In this document: piece by piece, positions 52,201 through 63,110 of the stretch
Layout: each line of letters begins with the position of its first letter
How positions within the stretch are numbered: the stretch's first letter is position 1
Origin: Paramoeba atlantica
Lineage: Eukaryota > Protista > Discosea
Assembly: GCA_977017575.1 (NCBI GenBank)
Contig: CDRNVI010000164.1
Span: 1-64,000, forward strand
Direction of reading: 5' to 3'
Length of the DNA stretch: 64,000 nucleotides
The notes under the pieces: model-generated
What the model was told of the DNA's origin: nothing
The model's database searches: none
What the model saw: the letters and a program-made list of their open reading frames with translations, nothing else
Translations under genes and position numbers: made by a program

Positions 52201-52900
52201 TATTATCGAGGTGGTGGATCAATCAAAACAAAAAAAAAACAGAGAACTGCTAGTTCAAAAAACAGAAAAAGAGAGAAGAAAGAGAAAGAAAACCAGATGA
52301 TTGTTTGGGGTTTTTGAAAAATTATTGTCGAATATTCGGAACAACACACGTCGTGAAACAGCAGCACACTTGCGTAACACAAGAAGTCAAAAAATCATCC
52401 ATCAACAATGATGACATTCTCTCTCTTTTAAAAAAAACATAATCAGGAAAAAAGAGATAAAAGAGAGAAGGAGAGAGGAAAGATAAAAGAAAACCAGAAA
52501 AGGAGAGCGAACACACACAACAAAGCCATTGAAGAAAAGAAATACGATTCTTTTTTTTTAACAAATATATTTATTTCCTGATTACAAAACTCATTCTCCC
52601 TTTGAAAAAAAATCAGTTTGGAACGACCAATTAAAAGAAAAGAAAAAAAAAAAAAAAAAAAAAAGAAATGAAAGAAAAGAAAACCGGAAAAAAACTTGGT
52701 AAAAACTGTTCGAACCAAGGAAACAAAATTTCAGAATCTTATTTGGTGAGGAAAAAGAGAACAAAAAGTGCACCAAGAGGAGGGGGGCAGGAGGAAACAA
52801 AAAGAAAACAGAAACAAAAAAGAAATGATCCATTGTCGATCAAATGAACGGAGAGAAAAGAGAGAGAAAAGACGGTCAAACCAAAAAAAACAAAACAACC
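49270..52900. repeat. Direct segmental duplications (about 1.45-kb offset) with exon-like islands
   Basis: 50575-51500 matches 52028-52900. A shorter block recurs at 49300-49520, 50370-50570 and 51650-51880. Confidence 0.9.
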
Positions 52901-53129
52901 ACCTTTTCACGCGAAAAAGCAATTCATCATTTATTTTTAGCACTCTAAAATATACGTCAGCCTTTTTACTACCTTTCGGCTTTGGAGTAGATGAATTTTT
53001 ATATTTTATTTTTTATGTCTTTTTCAATAAAACGAAAATAACAAAAATACTCACAAGAAAATCTGATTCGATATTTTGCCGCCCAAAAATCTTTTATTTT
53101 TTGTATTTTTTTTTGTTTTTTGCCTTGAA

Positions 53130-55970
53130 AAACATGCTGTTGCTTGTTCGGGGGGGATGAAGGGAGTCGCGGTCAGGGGGGCAAAGGGAAAAGACTTTTT
53201 TTTGCTTCTTTCAAACAACTCTTTTTTTGTTTTCTTTGTGTGTGTAAAAAAAAGAGAAAAAGAGTTGATCTTGATGAGGTGAGAGATCGCTTCAAAGACT
53301 ACACGCGGAGAGAGAGGAAGGAAGAATTGTGGTGTGGATTGCTCAGAACATTATCCCTCCCCTATGTGATCAGGTTTTTCTTTGTTTCCTCTCAGTGTTT
53401 TTTTTTTTTTTTGGTCCTTTCTCTCCTCTTTTCCCCCCCCTTTTTTTTTGGTTTTTGATCTCTTTTCCTTTTGTTTGTGTGTCTTTTGTTTGTGTGTCTT
53501 TTGTTTGTGTGTCTTTTGTTCGCCACCCTAAACCCTTGTTTGTCACACTTGTTTTCGTCATGTTTATTTTTCCTTCCTTGGGTATCATGATGGATGAGGT
53601 TTGAGATGTGGTTCTCTTCATCCTTTTGTTTGTCTTGTCTTTTTTATTTGTTCTTCTTTCTTTGTTCTTTTGTTCGTTCTTTTTTTTATCTTTTTGTGTC
53701 CTCTTTGCTCTTCCTTTCCCCCCTTTTCCCCCTTCCCTTTCACTCTCCCTTCCCTAAGCCCTTTTCTGTTGTGAACCCCTACCTTGTTCTGTTGTCTTCT
53801 ATTCATTTTGAAGTCTTTCTCACTGCTCTTTCCTGTCGAATCTCCCCCTGGTTGATTCTCCCCTCTTCTGTTTTTCTACTGTCTCCTTTCTTACCTTTTC
53901 CTCAAAAATTTGTGTTTTCTTCTCACTTTGATTGTTCTTTCTTATTTGGAGTGTTTTCCTCTTTTGTGTTTTTCCCTCTCTTTTGTCTTTCGTTGGTGCT
54001 TTGTGCTCCTTCAACAACAACAACCCTGCCTGCTGTGTTTTGATTCATTTTTGTTTTTTGCCACATTTGATTTTTTTCTGTTTTCTCTCTTTGAATATTT
54101 TCTCTTTTGTTCAAAACCCTATTCTTTCTTTTGTTGTTGTTGTTCCTTTTATTTGATATAAACCACACCTTCTGCTTTTTCGATTTGATCTTTGGATTGA
54201 CTTTCGTTTATTGTTTTGTTGTTTTTCTGTGGAGATCTCATCAATCCTGACATTTTCCCTTTCCCCTCCCCCCCCCCAAATCTTCGCTTCCCCCTCTTTT
54301 CCTTTTCTCTTTTGTTGATATCTCCCCATCTTTACTCTAATAACCTTATTCTCTTTCTTCTCTCTTTCTAAACCTTTTTTTCTTTCAATAGAGTGTAGTT
54401 GTGGGGCAGAGGAAGTTTTTCTCCCTAAATTTGTCGTCATTGCAATCTTTTTCTCTTTCTTTTTTTTCAATCTCTTTTTTGCAAGTACTTTTTTCTTTTT
54501 TTTTTCATTTTCTCTTTCTCTTTCTCTCTTTTAAAGAAATAAAATAGAATGATCAATTATTGCTTGTTCGGGGGAGGGTGATGGAGGGAGTCAAAGTTAG
54601 GGGGGCGGCAAGGGGAAGAGACTTTTTTTTGCTTCTTTCATCAAACAATTCTTTTTTTGTTTTCTTTGTGTGTGTAAAAAAAAGAGAAAAAGAGTTGATC
54701 TTGATGAGGTGAGAGATTGCTTCAAAAACCACACGCGGAGAGAGAGGAAGGAAGAATTGTGGTGTGGATTGCTCAGAACATTATTCCTCCCCTATGTGAT
54801 CAGGTTTTTCTTCTTTGTTTCCTCTCAGTGTTTTTTTTTTTTGTTTTGGTCCTTTCTCTCCTCTTCTCCCCCCTTTCCTTTTTTTTTTGGGTTTTTGATT
54901 TCTTTTCCTTTTGTTTGTGTGTCTTTTGTTCGCTACCCTAAACCCTTGTTCGTCACACTTGTTTTCGTCATGTTTATTTTTCCTTTCTTGGGTATCATGA
55001 TGGATGAGGCTTGAGATGCGGTTCTCTTCATCCTTTTGTTTGTCTTGTCTTTTTTATTTGTTCTTCTTTTTTTGTTCTTTTGTTCGTTCTTTTCTTTATT
55101 GTCTTTTTGTGTCCTCTTTGCTCTTCCTTTTCCCCCTTTTCCCCCTTCCCTTTCACTCTCCCTTCCCTAAACCCTTTTCTGTTGTGAACCCCTACCTTGT
55201 TCTGTTGTCTTCTATTCATTTTGAAGTCTTTCTCACTGCTCTTTCCTGTCGAATCTCCCCCGTCGATTCTCCCCTCTTCTGTTTTTCTACTGTCTCCTTT
55301 CTTACCTTTTCCTCAAAAATTTATTTTCTCACTTTGATTGTTCTTTCTTATTTGGAGTGTTTTCCTCTTTTGTGTTTTTCCCTCTCTTTTGTCTTTCGTT
55401 GGTGCTTTGTGCTCCTTCAACCCTGCCTGCTGTGTTTTGATTCATTCTTTTGTTTTTTGCCACATTTGATTTTTTTCTGTGTTTTCTCTCTTTGAATATT
55501 TTCTCTTTTGTTCAAAACCCTATTCTTTCTTTTATTGTTGTTGTTGTTCCTTTTATTTGATATAAACCACACCTTCTGCTTTTTTTCAATTTGATCTTTG
55601 GATTGACTTTCATTTATTGTTTTGTTGTTTATTTTCTGTGGGGATCTCATCAATCCTCTGACATTTTCCCTTTCCCCCCCTCCCCTCCCCCCCCCCAAAT
55701 CTTCACTTCTCCCCTCTTTTCCTTTTCTCTTTCGTTGATATCTCCCCATCTTTACTCTAATAACCTTATTCTCTCTCTTCTCTCTTTTTAAATCTTTTTT
55801 TCTTTCAATAGAGTGTAGTTGTGGGGCAGAGGAAGTTTTTCTCCCCAAATTTGTCGTCGTTGCAATCTTTTTCTCTCTCTTTTTTTTCAATCTCTTTTGT
55901 AAGTACTTTTTTCTTTTTTTTTCATTTTCTTTTCTCTTTCTCTCTTTTAAAGAAATAAAATAGAATGACC
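53130..55970. repeat. Tandem duplication of a ~1.43-kb unit
   Basis: 53130-54550 matches 54560-55970. Both carry the exon-like KRVDLDEVRD(R/C)FK(D/N)(Y/H)TRRERKEELWCGLLRTL. Confidence 0.92.
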
Positions 55971-56365
55971 AATTGCTGCTGCTGCTGTGTTGTTGTTGTG
56001 GTCAGATGTCAACTATCACCCCATCTGCCTCTCCCCAAACAAAAATATCATTGCTTTTTGGAGTCATTTTTGAGTGCTGCTAAATCAGGTTTACTTCTTT
56101 TATGGTAATTAGTTGTTGTTGATTAATTATTTATTGTTCTTTGTTTGTTCTTTGTGTGAAATTCTTATATATGAAAATTATTAATATTTTGGGGATGATT
56201 ATTTATTGTTAATATTTAACATGTTATTTTTCTGTTGTATTATCAATCCATTTTTATTAAAGTTTTGCTTTCATATATTTGTTGCTCTTGAATAATATAA
56301 CATCTCTCTTTGTTTTGGTTTGATTCCTGGTTGGTTCTTATTTTTTAATTTTTTATTTTTTTTTT

Positions 56366-57232
56366 GGGAGTCAAAATCCAGACTTTTGATCGATTTATTT
56401 TTGGGTTCAATTCTTCATTGGTTCATATTTTTTTTTTAATTTTTTTTGGGGAGTCAAAATCCTTCTGTGACGAGAATTTTGATCGATTTATTTTTGGGTT
56501 CAATTTTTCATTGGTTCATATTTTTTTTTTTAATTTTTTTGGGGAGTCAAAATCCTTCTGTGACGAGAATTTTGATCGATTTATTTTTGGGTTCAATTTT
56601 TCATTAATTCATATTTTTTTTTTTAATTTTTTTGGGGAGTCAAAATCCTTCTGTGACGAGAATTTTGATCGATTTATTTTTGGGTTCAATTCTTCATTGG
56701 TTCATATTTTTTTTTTAATTTTTTTGGGGAGTCAAAATCCTTCTGTGACGAGAATTTTGATCAATTTATTTTTTATTCAATTCTTAATTGGTTCATATTT
56801 TTTTTAATTTTTTTTTGGGGAGTCAAAATCCTTCTGTGACGAGAATTTTGATCAATTTATTTTTGGGTTCAATTCTTCATTGGTTCATATTTTTTTTTTA
56901 ATTTTTTTGGGGAGTCAAAATCCTTCTGTGACGAGAATTTTGATCAATTTATTTTTGGGTTCAATTTTTCATTGGTTCATATTTTTTTTTAATTTTTTTT
57001 TGGGGAGTCAAAATCCTTCTGTGACGAGAATTTTGATCGATTTATTTTTGGGTTCAATTCTTTATTGGTTCATATTTTTTTTTTTTAATTTTTTTGAGGA
57101 GTCAAAATCCTTCTGTGACGAGAATTTTGATCGATTTATTTTTTGTTCAATTCTTAATTGGTTCATATTTTTTTTAATTTTTTTTTGGGGAGTCAAAATC
57201 CTTCTGTGACGAGACTTTTGATCAATTTATTT
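56366..57232. repeat. ~92-bp tandem satellite, 10 units, plus a final partial unit at 57817-57880
   Basis: GAGTCAAAATCC recurs at 56368, 56451, 56544, 56637, 56729, 56820, 56912, 57005, 57099 and 57190. Confidence 0.95.
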
Positions 57233-57816
57233 TCACACCAGGCTGGCTAAACCCTATGCACTTTGAGTCATGAATTTATCAATCATCCAAATCAACCCTG
57301 TTTATTCCTTTCAAACCTGCAAAAAAAATCATGTCCATATCAGTTTTTTTGGTTTTTTTTTTTGATTCACCACTCTTTTTTGTTTTTTTCTTGTGTTTTG
57401 AGTTTCAGAAAAGTTGAAAGATGAGAGAGAAACAAGATTTGTTCTTCTTTTTTTCAAGTTTTTTTTGTAAGCTTTGTTGTTTTTTTGGTTTGGGAGTCTT
57501 CTTGTATCTTCTTGTGTTTTTTTCTTTCATTTTTTTATCTTTTCAAGAGAAAACAAGGTTTTTGTGTTTTTTGAAATTCTAAAAATGAATTTTTTTTTTG
57601 TGTTTGGCTGGATTCTGAGTATTTTGTTTTTTGGAATTCCGAAAAAGAAAGATTGTTTTTCAAAATTCTAATTTTCAAAGGTTTGTTCAAAATTGAGTTG
57701 GAACTGTTTATTTACTAAGGTGGAACTTTTTTTTTGAGGAATGGAAGTGACAGGGTTAGTTTGGATGATTGATAAATTCACAACTCGAGGTGCACAGTTT
57801 AGCCAGCTTGGAGTGA
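57233..57816. mobile_element. Non-autonomous TIR element (MITE-like) with ~70-bp terminal inverted repeats, inserted in the 92-bp satellite
   Basis: Left TCACACCAGGCTGGCTAAAC...GAATTTATCAATCATCCAAA..AACCCTGT (57233-57301) is the reverse complement of 57750-57816. The satellite unit resumes after it. No clear target-site duplication. Confidence 0.85.
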
Positions 57817-58371
57817 TGGGTTCAATTCTTGATTGGTTCATATTTTTTTTTTTTTTTTTGGAGAGATCAAAAATCCTTCATTTTTTTTCTTTTTTTTTTC
57901 TCATATTCTTTTTTTTTTATTTAAAGGTGAATTATTGAGTGAACTTTATGGATTTCACTTTTCTTCTTGTTATGTTAAGCTGTTTTGCTTTTTCTTCTAT
58001 TGTATTAATTGAACCTTGTGTTGGTTACTATTATCAAAAGAAAGAGAAGAATAGATTAAAATCTTTTCTATTGTATTATTTCCTTTTTTTTTATGTTTTT
58101 TGTTGACCTTTTTTTTGTTTGAATTTTTTTCTTCTTTCTTTTTTCTTTCTTTAAATCCTTCTTATTTCTCTTTCAACTTGTTTTCTATTTTTTTTTTTTC
58201 TTTTTAATTTTTTTCAATTGTTTTTTTTAAAAAAATAATAAATAATTTTTCAAAATAAATTGAATGAATTTATTTTTTCAATTTTTTTAAGAAACCATTT
58301 TCTTTCTCTTACAACCATTTATTTTAAATAAAAATCTTTTCTTTAAAGAAAAATAAAAAAAAAGAAGAAAT

Positions 58372-58492
58372 TCTAAGTTGCAGGAAAACCTAATGTTGCA
58401 AAAAGACTTTTAAAAAAAAATATTGATTTAAAGGGAGTAAAGAGCCTAAACCTATAAAATAATAGGTTGAACTGGGCAAGAACTATAAACCC
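58372..58492. repeat. Internal copy of the telomere-adjacent segment
   Basis: Aligns to 691-803 and is richer in G and C at the differing sites. Confidence 0.9.
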
Positions 58493-58615
58493 TTTTTCCA
58501 TTGGGGAATTTTTCGTTTGAGTGGATTATTAGCAACTCCAAAATGGCGGACAAAATTGTGGGGTTTTTCAAAACCTAATCCAAAATTAGGGGAAAACAAT
58601 TAAAGGGGGTGGGGT

Positions 58616-60500
58616 TTAGGGTGTAAGATATAACAGACAAAAAAGAAACAAAAATAAGGTTAGAGAAAAAAGATAAATGAAAAAAATTAAAGAAAAAAGA
58701 GATAAAAAATTAAAGAAAAAAAAATTAAAGAAAAAACCTGTTGCCCCAATTGCATTAACAGTATACCCAATCATAATTGTTCCTTTAAGATCAAAATTTT
58801 TTGAAGTTTGTTTTTGTGAAAAACGACAAAAATTCTTCAAAAAGAAAAAGAAGATGCTCAAATATTGGGAAAGAACTGGTGGACATGTTAGAAGTGGTTG
58901 AGGAAGGTTTGTGTTCGTAAAGATATGATATTCGTGAAGTGAAAAAAAGGGAAGAATTTTGTGTTCTTTTCCAGGTTTGTTGAGAGGGTTTAAAAGGCTG
59001 CTTCTGCTGCTGCTGCTGAGAATGGAGGAGGAAAGATAATAATTTTTGAAAGGCTCTGGAATAGAAACTGAAAAAGGTGGTAATATCGTAAACTTCTCCT
59101 CCTCCTTTCTCAAAGGTGGTAAAGAAGAAGAGGAAGGGAGGTTGCATTGAAATGCTGTTAAGTAAAAATTGTCCTCATTCGTCACTTGTACTTTTCACTT
59201 TTTTGCTTTTCTTTCTTCTCTTTTTTGTAAACACCAGTATGTTCGGCGGTCTTTTTGACGAAGAGAGGGAAAAAGGACTTTATGGGACATGGAAAGAAAC
59301 TAACACAAAAAATGTGTTCAATATTTCTTTTTGTGGAGAATTCAAAAAAAAAAAAAAAATAAAAAAAAAAATAAAAAAAAAAAACAAAAAAAAAATAAAA
59401 AAAAAATAAAAAAAAAATAAAAAAAAAAAAACAAAAAAATTCTCAAAAAATTCTCAAAAAATTCTCAAAAAAAAGTGTCTGCAAAAAAGGGATTTTTGTG
59501 CCTGAAAAATGGGAGGGGGTAGGAACTCTGCTTTTTTTTATTTTTTTTTTTTTGTGAGAATTTTTTTTGTTTTTTTTTGAGAATTTTTTGAGAATTTTTT
59601 TGAGAATTTTTGAGAATTTTTTTGTTTTTTTTTTTTGTTAGAATATTTGTGGGTTTAGAGAAGAAAGAAAACAAAAGAAAACTCTACCGCTATGTTGGCA
59701 GAGTTCTTAAAACAAAAAAAAAAGATTTAAGAAGCAGCTTACTGGCACACTAAAAATTGAAGTCTAAACTCTAACCCTTAAAGAGACATCCCCTCCTCTT
59801 CCAAGAAAAAATAAAAGTGTTTGCTGATTCACCAAGCATAAAGAGGCAACAACACAACCAACAACAACCAAATAACAACCCTGAAACCCTAGTATTTCAA
59901 TTTCCAGATTTTTCATCTTCTTGCCATCTTTACACAGACAGAGGGGCACCACACCACTGCTGAAGAGAGGAAGTCAACTCTCCATAAGTCTGGAAACTTG
60001 TGCAATATAGTTGGTGTTGATAAAAGGAAGGGTTAATGGTTTTTTTCTTTGTTGTTAAGGTGATATTAGTTTGTTTTTCATTTGCGATCATTGTGTTGTG
60101 TGTTTGTGTTTTTCATTTTTTTTCAAAAAAACCAAAAAATAAAACAAATCAAAAATTGATTTTTTTATTAATATTTTTTTGATTTTTCAAAAAAACAAAA
60201 CAAACCTTTAACCTTTCTTTTTTATTATTTTGAACTCCAAAAAACAAAAGAGAAAGTAAAAGAAAAAAAATAAATCAGAAAAGAGGAGAGTAGATTTTGG
60301 CTGTACACAGACAGGACATGTTAAAGATGAAACAAAAGAAAGGAAAGCAAATTGAACACAAAGAGAGAGGGAGGAAGGGAAGGAAAAAAGGAGGAGCAAT
60401 GAAAGGAGAGGGAGAGAAGCTTGTAAACCTAATTAGATGTGGTCCACAATATCACCCCTAAACCTCCAACAATACTTTGGTAAGAGAGAAAGAGGCAAAA
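58616..60500 (-). pseudogene. Multi-exon gene or relic of unknown function
   Basis: ORF 58616..59185 plus complex islands at 59180-59330, 59750-60000 (in-frame TAG) and 60290-60480, separated by T-rich introns. Confidence 0.35.
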
Positions 60501-60527
60501 GAGGAAAATCAGCAAAAAGAAAAAAGA

Positions 60528-60559
<32 letters not shown>

Positions 60560-60789
60560 AGAAAAAAGAAAAAAAAAAAAGAGAAGAAAAAAGAGGGAGA
60601 AGAGAAAAAAAAAAAGGATTGGAGGAGCAAAAGACAAAAAAGAATAAAAGAGAGAAAAAAAAAGAAAAAGAAGAGAAAAAAGAAAACGAAAAAAAAGAAA
60701 AAAAGAAAAAAAAGAAAGAAAACCAAAGCACAAAGAAATCTCAGTCCATTAAAAAATAAGAATGCTCTTATTTCTTGGTGGTTTCAAAG

Positions 60790-62660
60790 CAAGAGTAAAT
60801 CACAAGGGAATAAGACGATACAATTTTTCAATGGATAAAGAACATTCTCTGAAAGAAAAAACATTAAAATAAAAAGTTATTTAAATATTATTTTAAAAAA
60901 TATCAAAAAAAAGAAACTAAATCCCTAACCCATCACAACATCATTGTGCTTTATCTGAGAGAAAAATAGGATTCTTTGAATACAGTAAATCACAAGGAAT
61001 AAGATGATGTAATTTTCAATGATAAAAAACACTCTCTGAAGAAAAAAACAATAAAAAAAAGTAATTAGTTACTGTTTAAAAAAATACCAGAAAAAAGAAA
61101 CTGAACCTCTCACATCACATCAAGTGCTTTATCTGAGAAAAATAGACTTCTTTGGAGAGAGTAAATCACAAGGAATAAGACAATGTAATTTTCAATGATA
61201 AAGAACATTCTCTGAAGGAAAAAACAATAAAAAAAAGTAATTAGTTATTATTTAAAAAAATATTGGAAAAAAAGAAATTGAACCCCTCACATCACATCAG
61301 GTGCTTATCTGAGAGAAAAATAAACTTCTTTGGATACAGTAAATCACAAGGAATAAGACAATGTTATTTTCAATGATAAAGAACACTCTCTGAAAAAAAA
61401 AAACATTAAAACTTTAATTATTTAAATATTATTTAAAAAAATATCAGAAAAAAGAAACTAAACCCCTCACATCACATCACATTGTGTTTTATCTGAGAGA
61501 AAAATAGGATTCTTTGGATACAATAAATCACAAGGAATAAGACGATGTAATTTTCAATGATAAAAAACACTCTCTGAAGAAAAAAACAATAAAAAAAAGT
61601 AATTAGTTACTATTTAAAAAAATACCGAAAAAAAGAAACTAAACCCCTCACATCACATCAGGTGCTTATCTGAGAAAAATAGGCTTCTTTGGAGAGAGTA
61701 AATCACAAAGGAATAAGACGATAGTATTTTCAATGATAAAGAACAGTTTCTGAAGGAAAAAACAATAAAAAAAAGTAATTAGTTATTGTTTAAAAAAATA
61801 TTAAAAAAAAGAAACTGAACCCCTCACATCACATCAAGTGCTTTATCTGAGAAAAATAGGCTTCTTTGGATACAGTAAATTACAGGAAATAAGACGATAT
61901 CATTTTCAATGATAAAGAACAGTTTCTGAAGAAAAAAATAATAAAAAAAAGTAATTAGTTACTATTTAAAAAAATACTGAAAAAAAGAAACTGAACCCCT
62001 CACATCACATCAGGTGCTTATCTGAGAAAAATAGGCTTCTTTGGAGAGAGTAAATCACAAGGGAATAAGACGATAGTATTTTCAATGATAAAGAACAGTT
62101 TCTGAAAGAAAAAACAATAAAAAAAAGTAATTAGTTATTGTTTAAAAAAATATCGAAAAAAAGAAACTGAACCCCTCACATCACATCAAGTGTTTTATTT
62201 GAGAAAAATAGGCTTCTTTGGATACAGTAAATCACAAGGAATAAGATGATATCATTTTCAATAATAAAGAATAGTTTCTGAAGGAAAAAACAATAAAAAA
62301 AAGTAATTAGTTATTGTTTAAAAAAATACCGAAAAAAGAAACTGAACCCCTCATATCACATCAGGTGCTTTATCTGAGAAAAATAGGCTTCTTTGGATAC
62401 AGTAAATCACAAGGAATAAGACGATATTATTTTCAATGATAAAGAACAGTTTCTGAAGGAAAAAACATTAAAACTTTAATTATTTAAATATTGTTTAAAA
62501 AAATGTTGGAAAAAAGAAACTGAACCTCTAACCCATCACATCACATTGTGCTTTATCTGAGAGAAAAATAGGATTCTTTGGATACAGTAAATCACAGGAA
62601 ATAAGATGATGTCATTTTCAATGATAAAAAACATTCTCTGAAGAAAAAAAACAATTAAAA
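60790..62660. repeat. ~177-bp tandem satellite, about 11 units, with a 3-mer higher-order pattern
   Basis: AGTAAATCACAAGG recurs at 175-190-bp intervals. A variant monomer occurs at about 60863, 61403 and 62465. Confidence 0.95.
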
Positions 62661-62989
62661 TAAAAAAAAATAAAACAAAAAAAATTCCGAATATCAACAA
62701 AAAGATTAAAACTCAAAAAGAAACAACAAAAAACAAACTTTCATATTTTTAAGCTTTCAAAACCCTGAAATAAAAAAGAAATAAAAAAAAACAAAAAGAA
62801 AAAAAAAAGAAGAAAATGAGAGAAAAAGAAAAAAAGAAATCAAAAAAGAAATCAAAAAACCATTGAAAAAAAAGAAATCCTGTTCCCACTCAACACAAAA
62901 GAAAATGAATCCCTTTTGATTTTTTTTATTTTGTTCATTCTGAGAATAAAAAGAATTAGTTTTTCATTTTTCTAAATCTTTTCAAAAAA

Positions 62990-63110
62990 GAAAAAGAAAA
63001 AGAGAAAAAGAAAAAAGAGAAAAAGAAAAAAGAGAAAAAGAAAAAAGAGAAAAAGAAAAAAGAGAAAAAGAAAAAAGAGAAAAAGAAAAAAGAGAAAAAG
63101 AAAAAAAAAA
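62990..63110. repeat. 15-bp A-rich minisatellite
   Basis: An AGAGAAAAAGAAAAA-type unit is repeated about 7 times. Confidence 0.8.

Noticed and set aside
59681-59704. Hairpin ACTCTACC...GGCAGAGT (and the one at 22720) as Helitron 3' ends
   Set aside because: No CTRR at the expected distance and no Rep/helicase ORF in the window.
56366-62660. 92-bp and 177-bp arrays (and the 72-bp array) as CRISPR-like arrays
   Set aside because: Whole units are repeated with no unique spacers, and there are no cas-like genes.
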